Of a DNA stretch of 64,000 nucleotides, positions 50,080 to 62,276 are shown in pieces. The notes beneath the pieces are model-generated. The model was not told the DNA's origin. It searched no databases and saw only the letters and a program-made list of their open reading frames with translations. Where the stretch lies: the NCBI RefSeq assembly GCF_000143415.4, contig NW_003314275.1, forward strand, positions 2,089,419 through 2,153,418. The letters are read 5' to 3'. The position numbers were made by a program, and so were the translations under genes. How positions within the stretch are numbered: position 1 is the stretch's first letter; each line of letters starts with the position of its first letter. Source of the DNA: Selaginella moellendorffii. Lineage: Eukaryota > Plantae > Lycopodiophyta.

Positions 50080-50700
50080 AGAGTGTCCAGTACTTCTTCG
50101 GTCAACTATGACAACAGCCTCCGGCTCGCCGATTTCCGGCGGAACTTCCGTGTGGAGATCAAATATCTGACGGAGGGCGATCTATATGATTGGAATCGAT
50201 GCCGCTCTTGCCAATGCTTTTCGGAAGATTTTGATCGCGGACTTTCTTTCTTTCTTTCTTTATTTCTGTGTGGAGCAGTGTCTGAAGGACTATTTTTTTC
50301 TTCTTAGTTGCAAAGAGAACACGTCGGTGATTCAAGACGAGCTCTGCGCTCATCGACTCGGTTTGGTTCCCGTCAAGGCCGAAGAGGACTTTTCCAGACG
50401 AAGATAGCGGCTGAGAAGAATACTATTGTTTTCTCCTTCGAAGTGAAATGCAAGCGACAGGGAGATCGCATGCAGGTTATTTTACTTCCGTATCTTCTCT
50501 CGCTGTGATTAATTTTTCGATTCCAGTAAAATCTGACCCTCCTTGTAGGAAGTTTTTTTGCTCGATCTGATGCGATAGCTTTTGCTGCTCCTCCAGTCAC
50601 TGTTGAATCGACTGGAGCTCTTCCACCCGAGGTTCTCTTCACAGAAGCGGTGAAAATCCTCTCAGCGAAGTGCCAGAGAATCTATAATGAACTCTCGTGA
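50080..50700 (+). pseudogene. RNA polymerase I/III subunit AC40 (RPAC1) fragment, internally deleted
   Basis: MIGIDAALANAFRKILIA, NTSVIQDE..AHRLGLVP, EKNTIVF, TVESTGALPPEVLFTEAVKIL; middle of the gene missing. Confidence 0.75.
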
Positions 50701-51509
50701 GAGGAAGAGATTTTTAATTCACGAGCATCTCCCACTTTCTCTCGGCGAATATTCCCGTGACGAAATAGCGGCATAAAAGCGGCCAACGGGCGGCGCTTAG
50801 CAGGTTCGGCAGACGAGCCGTACGTTCTAGTAAATCTACCAGACCTAGAAAGCGGCTCCGTACGCTCTTGGTCCGGGACCGAGCCTGTCTCGAGAACGAA
50901 GAAGAGGGACTGTCGATGATGGTTTGTGTTCTTCGTGGGAGGAGAAGTTTGCCGTTGCGCGGCGAAAAGCCCTAGCGCCTGTCGATCGAGGGGGAAGGAG
51001 GTGCATTCTCAGCAGGCGACGAGTGGAGCGGCAATTGTGGTGTGATCGTAGCGGCCGGTCTCCTAGGGTTTGAATCCGCGGGACAGGGATCCGCCGGAGC
51101 GCTGTTGAATTGGCCGGCGGCTTTTCCACGGATTCCAGCTGCTGCAAGGTATGCCGTGATTTGGCGAGGGACACACCGGGGCATGCTGTGATCAGCTCGG
51201 ATGTTTCCAGCCATGGCACCGGAGAGGCGATTGTTTGGCGGAGCTTCCCCTCGCAGTGGAAATGTGGTTTCGGAAAGGGAGATTTCCAGACAGCAGTGGC
51301 GAGATTTCTTCGTGGAGGATCCGATGGAAGAGGGATTGAGCGACATCCATATGGCATCGCGCAGAGCGGAGGAGGCAGGTTAGAACGTTTGGTGATATAG
51401 ACTTTTCATGCATGACTCTTTCTTTCTTGTTTATCGCTGCGCATAGGCGATTCTTAGCTGCGCGATGGCTACACGTGAATTGTCCCGAATCTAATCTTCA
51501 TTTTCACAG

Positions 51510-51700
51510 GGTACCAGCGACGAAGTCGTGGATTGCTCGCACGGCAAGCAGCTGTGGGATCTTTGCAAGGAAAAGTACGAGCCACTGTGGCTCAAAGGAG
51601 GGGGTCACTGCAACTTGGAGCTCTATCCAGAGTATATCAGGCACTTGCGCAAGTTTATCATGTCTCTTGAGAAATCCGGTGGCCCAAGGAACGCCAAAGG
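51510..51700 (+). pseudogene. ABHD17-like alpha/beta-hydrolase 3' exon fragment
   Basis: [49 protein letters not shown] after an acceptor AG; upstream exons not found. Confidence 0.7.
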
Positions 51701-52413
51701 ACCCGGTCTTACTAACGAGAAAGAAAAAAACGCTTGTATTTTTATGAAACAGTTCCTACAGATAGACCACCGCTCATTACAAGAGCCTTTACGCTGCTCG
51801 CTTCAAAGAAGTTTTATATCTTGTTATGAGAAGAGCCACGAAGCTCTTTACATCGAGACGAAGATAGAGCCGAGCCGCATGACCGTCATTGGGACCTCAT
51901 CCAAAGACGACGTGATTGGCAAGGGTTCCAGAAGTGTTGATGGTAGCGAGATGAATGTGAAACAAGCTTTGAAGGATATAGCAGATCCTGGGGATATTCA
52001 TTCATTCATTCATTCATTAGCTGTTTACAGGGTCTCGTGGTGCCCACCAAGAAGCATGAGACCGATGGATTCTAATAAGCTGTTTTGATGATCTCATGAG
52101 CTGTTTGTTTGCTGAACTCCTCCTAGATATAATCCCAGACGCATGAAGTAACAGTGAAACATTGAAAGTATCACTAAAGACCAAGCTTTTGGTGTTTCAA
52201 GAGCTATTCCAGAGAGCATTGTTGTGCTTCTGGCCAAGTTCTTATTCTCGTTCATACCACTCGCTCTTTGGTATGCATTGCCAAAACACGTGTGGACTAA
52301 TAAATAGTTTTAGTATTTCGTCCTTGAGTGCATTCCGGATCTAACAAAGATCAAAGATATCACTTAAAACTAACGTGAGAACATTACCCAGACTATCTTA
52401 GAGCAATTTCACA

Positions 52414-53088
52414 ATGCATAAGCTTGTGTGTGCCTTGTTGGTGCTTGTAATCAACACATTCCTACTCGTGGTAAGCTCACAATTCTTCTGCGACCAAAGA
52501 ACTTGATTTGGCTTCTTGTAGAGTTGTGATTCATCATGTGGAGGCTTTCTGAAAACCTGTACACCCATCTCTTATAAGAAAAATGTGCTGAAAGCAAGTT
52601 GCCAAACGGTCAATGGCTCTAAGCACGAGTCAAGTTTGAGCACAGACGAGTGCCGTGGAGTGGTCAATTGTAGGCTCCAGCAGCCTGGATCAAACCAATC
52701 AGCTCCAACCTTCTCTTGTACAGGTAACAACTCCCTCAGCGTAAATATGGAGGAATATGCGGACAACAACGACGGAAACATGGTGTGCTGCAGGAAAAGC
52801 ACTCAGTCTGGCACCTGCGGTGGATTTCTCAAAAGTTGCACTCCTACTTCTTTAGACCCGACCACCGGGATACTGCGGGCTTCCTGCAAGAAAGTGGACA
52901 CTACATGGAATGACGATGCTTACCTGGATGTTGGGACGTGTACCTCGGATCCCAAAACCAGCTGCTATTTGCAGGAAGGCGAGCTGAAGTGCAACTATAG
53001 CAGCGGAGAGGCTGTGAAAATGACCACTCTGGCAACCAACAATGATGGAAATATGGGATGTTGCACTTTTGCACCAGTACCAGTTTAA
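52414..53088 (+). CDS. Secreted CVNH-like lectin (exons 52414-52470, 52522-53088)
   Basis: Signal exon MHKLVCALLVLVINTFLLV, GT-AG intron, then SCDSSCGGFLKTC... with two CV-N-like repeats. Paralog of 52-600 with the same intron position. Confidence 0.75.
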
Positions 53089-54699
53089 GCAGAAGGAAGA
53101 TAATAAAGACATTCAGTACAATAAAGGTCTTTGGAAAAGCTTGTTGATCTCTAGAGCTATTCTTGGCTTTTGCATAAAATTTGCAAATTTGCACGTCTCA
53201 TGCTGCTATGAGACATGTATAGAAGATCACAACTGTTGTGATGGCAGACTAGAAGCACCTTGTCTTTCCATCACTTTGGACATACGCTCCGAGAGCAGGA
53301 ACTTGAGAGCTTGTAAACGTTTGCATTTGGATTTTATGGCAAAGGACCTGGCCTACCAAGAGTCTTTAACGCCAAGTCTCAGTTTAGATAGAGCCAAGCG
53401 GATCAAAGACGTGATTGGCAGTGATTCCAAAGTGTTGCTGCTAGGGAGAGATAAGGCAATTCCTTCTATATAGGTGAAGTAATAGATCGACCTGGAACGC
53501 TGGACTTTCAAGTTATAACAGTGCTGTACCTCAGATTTACACATAGGGCAATAATTTCCTGCATATTCATAATTTAAAAATAAAATTGGATTGGTAGAAA
53601 AAAAGAGAATAATAATGCACAGCAAATAAAATACATTACAAACTAAAACAGTATTTCGTCCTTTAGTGTGCATTCCAGATCTAACAAAGATTAAAGACAT
53701 CACTGGAAAGATGTGCTTCATTGCCATTCTAGAGTGTCTTTTCTACCCTAGTTCTCCCTTATATATGGTTCTATACCATAGAAAAACACTAGTTCTCACT
53801 GGGAAAAATGCGTCCCTTGCAAAAAAGAAATATGCTGAGGGTTGACAAGGAATGTTCTGAGACAGATTTCAAGACCAAGCTCCGAGGCAAAGATGAATAG
53901 AAAGCAAATTCACTAGAACACAGAAAGATGGAAAAGTCCCAAGACACCCAGACACAAGTAATAGCCTGTCAAAAAGGATAAGTTGTCCGGCCGAAAGGAC
54001 TGAACAAGGCAGCCAACTGTCAGCTTGAACCAACCCCTACTCTGTACCTCCTTGAGTTATGAATGGACCAAGCGGCTTGGCCTTCTTTCAACGTAGGTAA
54101 GGCAGAGGACTAGCCAAAACAAGTATCAAAGACGTCAAGGAAACACAAAGAAACATATAAACAAGAGCCAAATGCGGCAGGCTGAAAGCAACAAGAATGC
54201 ATAGCGATTTGATCAAAGAAATTCTATCTCATCACACTGAATGAATAACCCTGCTTAAAGGAAAGAAGCTTATCTCGTAAGAGAATCTAAATTGATGTTA
54301 AAGGTTAGATGAACAATGAAATAGCAATATGAATTGAAATCAGAAGGAACTAACATAGAGAAAATACCTCTTGAGATGATTACCATTGGTCTGATTCAGC
54401 AGTTTTGAACCTGTAAGTTCTGCAAGCTAGTAGGAGTTTGTCCCTGCGCTCCCAAGGACTTGATACGGGTCAATCCACGGAGGTTGAAACTTTGCTTTAT
54501 GGTGTGTAGAAGCATTCAGGCGCCGAACGACATCAAGGAAGCTTTCACCTCGCTGCTTCACAAGCATGAGAGCAGTGCAGTATTGATGAATCTGAATACG
54601 AACGGCCTCAATATCTCAATCCCTCATCCAGCTGTATCGATTGATCTGTGCAATTGGTGTGAAGATCCTGTGATGTCCCAACGGTTCTAGTGGGATCCA

Positions 54700-55380
54700 C
54701 TTCCTCAGATAGGAAGGTAAACAAAGTTGTACGGGAAGAGCTTCCAAACCATACACCAATCAAAATGGTGTAAAACCTGTAAGGAGCTTCTTTGCCACAG
54801 AGCATGTGGTAACAAGGTTGGCTAGGCACATGGATTATCCTGAACAACCTTCTGGAAAATTGACTTAAAGTGACTTGTTTGTGACCTCGGTCTGGCCATT
54901 CCCTTGAGCCCAGTAGGAACTTGACGTAAGATGAGAAATCCCAACCTTTGTTGTCAGCTCAGCAACAACAGCGCCTAAGAAGTGTGATCCTCGATCAGAA
55001 AGTAGCGTCCTCAGAACTCCAAAATGACAGCAAATATGCGTGTACAGAAAGTCAGCAGTCGTCTGCTGATAAAAAACCGGAGAAGAAACTGCTTCAGCGC
55101 ATTTAGTAATGCTATCTGTAGCCATGAAAATGTAGGTGTGCCTGTTAGAGGCCAGAGAATAAAGTCCTGAACAGTCCAAACTCCACCGCATAAACGGTCC
55201 TTCTGGGTGAATCGGATGTAGCGGGTGTTTATCATGTAGACGAGCAGTCTGAAATTGTTGACATGGTTGGCAGTGTTGAACATACTGGGCACTGTCACTG
55301 TAGAGTGTGGGCCAAAAGTACCCCACGCATAGTATCTTCTTGCTGGTGTTCATTGCGGCTAAATGACCCCCACAGTCATG
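54700..55380 (-). mobile_element. Ty3/gypsy integrase remnant
   Basis: HDCGGH...GYFWPTL...CQPCQ zinc finger; rve core WSLD...LLSDRGSHF...QGNGQTE. Confidence 0.85.
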
Positions 55381-56050
55381 TGTTGCAACTAAGAGCTGTG
55401 AAGCTTCAACAACGGAGGAGTGTGCCATCTCCATGTCAGCAATACAGAGTGCCATTAACGAGAATGAACCTAGCAACCCGCTGACTGAGAGAACGGCATT
55501 CATGCCGAGACAAGTGTAAACAATCCTCACCTTGCAAGAGCTTGAGTAGATCTTGATACCATGGCCATTGAAGGTGAACATAGGAGATGGGACTTTAACG
55601 AAAGGTGAAAGCATGTGATGGTGCTCAAGATCCGTCACAGCATATATGGAATGGAAATGTACATATGTGTGACACGGTGAACCGGTGAAGACTCGTGTCT
55701 TTCCACGTGGACTAGCCACGTGGCACAGGGCCACTCTCAACACTCCCACTGGCACGGTGGCTGATGCTCATCCGTGGAGAGAGTCCCAGCCCTTCGCGAT
55801 GGACTCGAAATCGATCTCGGGGTAGTGCTTTTGTGAAGATATCTGCAACCTGAGTGGTCGTGTCGCAGTGGATCAGCTCAATTGTGCCTCCTTCCACTTT
55901 CTCACGAACAAAATGATGATGGATCCCAAAGTCTTTGGTGCGTGAATGAAAGCGAGGATTGGCCGCTAACGCAATGCAGCTTTGATTGTCGCAGAAGAGG
56001 CGAGTGGGAGTCTTCACACTCACACCAAGGTTAGAAAGTAAGTCCTCTTT
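55381..56050 (-). mobile_element. 3' end of a copia element (RNase H, PPT, 3' LTR 55381-55742) abutting the gypsy integrase
   Basis: LFCDNQSCIALAANPRFHSRTK..IHHHFVRE..ADIFTKAL. Minus-strand PPT AGTGGGAG followed by TGTTG...CAACA. Confidence 0.8.
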
Positions 56051-56967
56051 GCCATCCTCCACTTCTCTAAAAAAGAAAGTTACAGAACTTGAAGGTCCTG
56101 TGGCTAGTGTGGATCTCAGCTGCTTGCAATGTTGGGACTTCCGACCATTAATCCTGACGAAATGGTGATAGTAGGTTGTGCTATAATCCTTTATGGGCAT
56201 CTAAAATGCAGTCAAATCCTAACAAGAAGTTGAATCATCTGTGTCATATTCACGCTCATCTTCTTCTTTGATCCCAATTAAGCCCTCTTGGAACTTCCAG
56301 AGCTCACCTTGGGTGACCTGGTGAGAAGGTACAACAGGATTTTTATCTTGTTCCTGATAATCAAAATGACAGACATAAAACAATAAGTGCATGTTTTGAA
56401 CGAGCTCTAGTCATACCTTCTTTGTGAGCTTGACAATGTATGTGAACAAGGTTAGCTGCAAATCGCTAGCTTCCGCAGTGAGCACCATCTCACAAATCTC
56501 ACCAATTGTTTTGCCCTGGACATCAATTACATCAGAACATATTACTGACATATAAATATTTTATTATCTCCTTCAATCCATCGTCCAGTAATGTCACCCA
56601 TTGGAGGCAGTCCTCTCTACTGCACATCCCCTTATGAGAGGTAGGTGGCCTCTTTACCATGAAACATCGTCCCAGGAAGACACCAGCAACTATGCAAAGT
56701 CTCAATAACAGGCTCTCCAAAATTGCGACATCGCTTTTCCTCCAAGCTCTTGGGTGATAGAAGCCATCCCCACTTCCGAGTACTGCCCAGTGGCCAGCGC
56801 CTTTCCTTTGCACCACTGAGGAGAGCGCGAGGCATCCGCCACCCAGAAAACTCACGTCACCCTTCTCAAAGTCGATCACCATAACGTTTGTGGTCGCCAT
56901 CACGTCCTCGGCACAAGTCTTGTATCTGTGGCGAGCTTGGCAAGTTGACAAGGAGAAAACAAACTCT

Positions 56968-57074
56968 GACCAGCTCGTTTGCTGGATCCAGATTCTTCCT
57001 GCTGCTCAATGGTTGGAAGCGGGGTGTTTGCGCTGAGCAGCAGGAAGAATCTGGATCGAGCAAACGAGCTGGTC
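56968..57074. repeat. 41-bp inverted repeat with 25-nt spacer
   Basis: 56968-57008 versus the reverse complement of 57034-57074: one mismatch. Confidence 0.9.
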
Positions 57075-57696
57075 CCCGCCTCCACGCCTCCCGGCTTAAG
57101 AACAGGTTTCCCCGTGACTGCATCCAAGGTGCTCGTAAACTGCATCTCACCGAGAACAAATTCCACCTCGAAACTGTTCCCACTCAACGATGTCCCTTGA
57201 TCGCGGATGTAGACTGTGAGATGGTGTATAAACCCGTTTCTGACTAGGTTCTTTGAGTGGCCGAGCATCCCATTCACGGCACCCCCCAAATGCCCACGGT
57301 GAAAAATCTTGATCTCTTCGAACACTTCAAGAGGTTGGTCGCAACAGTGAATTGCATACTTCAAAGAGGTGCTTCTCACCGCCAGATACGACTGGATCGA
57401 GCTTCGCGCAATGGTCCTTTCAGAAGCCCTAATTCCATATAGAATCTTCGAATCACTTTATTTCAAAAGCCCTAGTTATAAATGGAATATGCCTAGAATC
57501 GTTTCCTTTTGATTCCTCGCGTGTTTTCCGGGGATCCAACGGCCGTCCTGCGCAACCCTCGCCAGCCCGGATTCTGCCACGTCACCCACGTCTGTGACTG
57601 TAGCAACAGGGTTAAGCGCAATGGAGCTGCTGCTGGGATCGCCTTGCTCGATGCCGGGATACTCCGTCTAGGTATGATATTTCGATCGAAGCGGCG

Positions 57697-60600
57697 ATGG
57701 CGGTGGAGAGCGGCGATCCACGTTCTGCTCGGATTCGATGGCGCGTTGCCTCCGCCGCGGCAGTGGCGGCGGCGGCGCTGCTGCTCGGGATCTCGGGCCT
57801 GATGAAGGCGCTCCCCAATGCTTGCGTCATGACCTACATGTATCCCACCTATGTGCCCGTTCCATCGGGGCCTGGCTCGCCATCGGGGAAGTATGGATTG
57901 TTCCTCTATCACGAGGGGTGGAAGAAGATCGATTTTGAGCAGCATTTACGTCGCCTCGCCGGTGTTCCAGTTCTCTTCATCCCTGGCAACGGCGGCAGCT
58001 ACAAACAGGTAATTTGATCTGTCTGATCGACTTCCTAGAATTTTTTTTCCTCCATTCTCCTCCATTTTTTTGGTTCGATGTGTCCTTTGTTTCAGTTGCT
58101 TGGTCGATGGTTCTTCCTAACACGGCTAAAAGTTTTTTTTTTTTTTCTGTAGGTGCGATCACTTGGAGCCGAGTCGGATAGAGCATACAATGCTGGGCCT
58201 CAGGACAAAACATACTACCAGCAATCATTTTTCACTCCCGACGAGGCCGGGATGAGCAACGATGAGAACTTGTGGGGGCGAGAGTCGTGGGACTCTCCGG
58301 ACCATGTACGAGATCTCTTGGCAGACGTGGGGCATCAAGAGGAGTACGTGAACCGGCTGGACTGGTTTGCTGTTGATCTCGAGGGAGAGCATTCGGCTTT
58401 GGACGGAAGAATTCTCGAAGAGCATACGGAGTATGTTGTGCAGGCTATTCACAGGGTAACAAGGTGTCAGTTCTTCTTTGATGTTTCTGCGCTTCTAACT
58501 TGTACTTGTGTGGTTTTTTTTTTTCTCTGTAGATTTTGGATCAATACAGGGAGTCCTTAAGAGCCAGATCTGGAGGGAAGAGAGGAAATGAGGACGCATT
58601 ACCGACCAGCGTTATTGTCGTTGGACATTCCATGGGGGGATTTGTCGCAAGAGCTGCCGTCGTCCATCCGGAGCTGAGGAAAGGAACAGTACAGACTGTT
58701 GTGACGATTTCTAGCCCGCACTTGTAAGTTTCTAGCGTCGTACTTGGTGTTTTCAGCTGACAGTAAATGTTTTCTTCAGGCTACCTCCCTTGGCACTTCA
58801 GCCATCGCTTGGTCATTTTTTCTCGAGAATAAACAAAGCATGGCGGATGGGTTATAGCAGTCCAAGGTCAAGGTCTGGAAGGCCGAGGCCTAGTAGCGAG
58901 GCCCCACTCTCAGATGTTATAGTGATATCTTTGCCGGGTGGGATTTACGATTACCAGGTAATCCAGAATTGAGTCAGTATAATAACTCTACCTTGTTATT
59001 CAGGTTCGTTCTAGAATGGCTTCACTTGATACTATTGTTCCAGCAACAAATTCACTTACCGTTGGGGCGCCTGAAATGCTGAATGCATGGCTTTCTACCG
59101 AGCACCAGACGATATTGTGGTGCAATCAACTCGTTGTTCAGGTGTGCGCGACCAAAAAACTTTCGGTTCTCACTCTAAAATACTTATAAACCTTTTGTAG
59201 CTTGCACACACACTCCTAAACGTTGTTGACAGGCAAACTGGTCAGGCGATATCAAGTCCTCGTACGAGACTGGCAGTTTTTATTGCAAGACTAAGAAGTG
59301 CCATTCCGCAAACCTTTGGCTGGCTCGCAACAGCTGATTTAATGGATGACAAGGAATCAGCATCTGGCAGAAACGGTATTCATCTATTGCCTCTTCAATG
59401 ATCGATTATGATATTTGGCTGCAGATAAAAGCACAGCGGCGAAACCGAAGTACGCGGGTCGCTATGCATGCCCGAGAACGTTTCAGTGGGAAGGTGATAG
59501 GGACTTTCATGTTGACACTTCTTTAGTGACAGTTTTGGCCATGGACGGTAGAAGGCGTTGGCTGGATATTCAAAAGCAGGTGACGGGTATGTCTTAAGCT
59601 AGAACAACAGTCTAAAATGTTTTGCAGGCAGTACATGGCAGATCAAACTTTGTTCTAGTGACAAACTTTGCACCATGTCTGGGAATTCGAGTTCACTTAT
59701 GGCATGGAAAAAGCAAGAAAGCCAATGACAACGCTGTCGAAGTTACGGCAAAGATGGTTCAATTGCCTTCAGCACCGGCACCCCGTCAGGTTGTACACGA
59801 TTAAGACTTTTTTCTCTTAAATCTTTCATCTTGCAGGCTGAGCCTGGAGGACAATCCGAGCAGGCTTCTCCATCAGGAATCTTGAGACTAAGCGCAGACG
59901 ATCTGGAGGGATTTCGCTACATAACTATTTCTGTGGCACCTCGTCCAGTATGTTCTTGTTATTTCCTATCTTGTTTTTTTATTTGCAATCTGCCTTCTAG
60001 ACCGTGGTAGGACGGCCTCCACCAGCAGCATCCATGGCTGTAGGCCAGTTTATAGACCCGAGAGATGGGAGTGCGTTTTTGTCGGCTTGGTCAATCTTTT
60101 CTTCTACTTACAGATCTCAGGTAAGTTCGTAACTCTATTCAAAGGGATGAAATGACGGCTTCTTTATGCAGAGTCTACATCTAAACGAGAAGCATCCTTT
60201 GGTGATGAACTTTTCGGTCTCTGTCGGCTTTGGCGTTTTGCCACTTTTAATGGAAGTAAAAACGGCAAGCTGTGGCATTTCGGATAGACAACAGGCAGGC
60301 GATAGTGAAGTTGCAAGTAAGTTTTAACTAGTAAAGAACTCGAAGCTCCGTTCTAAAACAACTTACAGACCTTTGCAAGCTTCGCTGTTTTCCACCGCTG
60401 GCAATGCTTTGGGACCCTTATGCGGGTCTTCAAATACTTCCTAATCTGCGCGTGGAAACTATTGTATCCGACTCTTCTACTGTCTTACCGGGCCTCAAGT
60501 ATGGTCCTCACGAAGCATCCATGGTTCTATTGGTAAGATAAATATTGCCTGAGCTTCCAGTTTATTTTTGCATTTTTTATTGCAGGCTGACCCGCATTGT

Positions 60601-62056
60601 GGTTATAACATTACATTTAAATTGGCGAAATCCATCACTGTTAACAGGTTTCTATTAACGCATGCGTCACAGGTACATGCAGTGCGAGCTCGTATCTGTT
60701 TTCTAATTCCGCTGTTTATTTACAGATTGGAGGATTCATGGTAGTGGTTTTGCTGTATGCGTTAAGTCGACAAGCTCGTGCATGGGAACTTGATACGTCC
60801 TTTCCCTCGCTTTATGCTTGCCTGGAACGAAATTTTATGTTTCCAGTGCCGTTTCTTCCGCTGTGTTTTGGCCCCTTATTTATTTATTTTTTCCGTACGA
60901 CAATTGGAGGCGATATTCCACCTCCATATGTGCAAACATCGGTTGTGGCTGCTATTTGCTACGTAATTGCCAATGGGATTATGGCCATCCTTGCTGTAGG
61001 GAGCATGCTCACCTTTCATGCGACTGCATCTCTTCAAGTGTTCTTGCGGTCCAGGTAAGAAACTCTTGCAGTTTTCTCGCGTGCTAATAGTATATGTTTT
61101 GATTAAATCAGGTGGCAGTCGAAATGGAACAGTAGATGGCTACGGCGTCTGTTTGATCAAGTCTCTGTTTGCTTCAATCTCCAGGTTTGTTTTCTCTTTT
61201 CTAAACGTTGTCGCTGATGCTGTGAAAACCAGATGGTAAGGAAGGTCAGAGCAGTGCCAAGACTGACCACGGGGATAGTGGCAACTGTTCTTGTGTTTTT
61301 TGTTCATCCTGTCTTGGGACTCTCAGTGCTACTTCTAGCGCATACATGGTCGTGCCATGTTGCGCTTTGCAGGTACGTTCATTTGCGTGTGTTGTTTTCC
61401 TGATTAATCAAAGTGGAATGAATCCTCCGCAGCTATCGCGAGACGAGAGCGACTGCAGATAGGCCACAAGCAGACGCTAACTCCCGAAGAAACGGGCATC
61501 ACAACGGCGCCAAAGATGATCTAGACGAGAGCAGCGTCGTCGACACAAAATCCGCGGCGCTTGTTCACCTCGAGTCCTTCAAATTCTTCCAGGGCTTGCT
61601 CCTCCTACACTTCACAGCCACAGCCATGCTCCTCCCCTCTTTCATCGCGTGGATACAGGTACTATACTTTTCTCCTTCTCTTTCGTAGTAATACTAACAC
61701 TCACAAAACTCTTTCATCTCCAGAGACCCAAAGTCGATCGGACACTTCCATGGTTTCTGGACTCGCTACTGTGCTTCGGCGTCCTTCTCCACGGCCTCTA
61801 CGCGAGCAGCGGCGGCGCAGACACCCTCTCCTCTTTCAGCCGCTTCGAAGCACTGAGAAGCTACGGATTGAGCGTGGTTTTTGCGGTGAGTGGATTGTAT
61901 ACTTACTGGGCAGGGCTGTGCTTGGCTCCCTATCGAGCGTTCTACGCTTTCGCGGCCATTGGTTTGATCACTTCAGTGATGAGATACACAGACAAGAACA
62001 AGGGAGATTGCTGCTCCTTGTACAAGAGTAAAAGGCGGCATTTTCACGGGCATTAA
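57697..62056 (+). CDS. PGAP1: GPI inositol-deacylase (PGAP1/BST1 family), multi-exon
   Basis: CVMTYMYP, PVLFIPGNGGSYKQVRS, lipase motif GHSMGG, EHQTILWCNQL, C-terminal TM segments; many GT-AG introns. Confidence 0.9.
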
Positions 62057-62167
62057 GTTTTAACCGCTGTACTTTTTCTGAGGTGAAAATAGTTTGCCTT
62101 GAGGATTTACCGGAATCTATGGCCGTCCGATGTAGATGGATTCTCCTAGAATCTATGCCATGTAAAT

Positions 62168-62256
62168 GCCACGTGGCGCGAGGTTTAAAATTAACCCTTT
62201 ACGTGGGCAAATAAAAGGACATACATTTCACTCGAAAGTATAGGGCTAGGGTTTTT
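62168..62256 (+). promoter_or_regulatory. G-box and telo-box upstream of SPT2
   Basis: GCCACGTGGC at 62168-62177 and TAGGGTTT near 62248, just before the ATG at 62277. Confidence 0.4.
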
Positions 62257-62276
62257 TGGCGGGGGGCGCCGTCTCC

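Noticed and set aside
54865-55755. A single 296-aa integrase gene
   Set aside because: Chimeric ORF: its first part is a copia LTR fused by chance to gypsy integrase.
56100-57400. Protein-coding gene on the minus strand
   Set aside because: Exon-like fragments but no recognisable domain or consistent frame.
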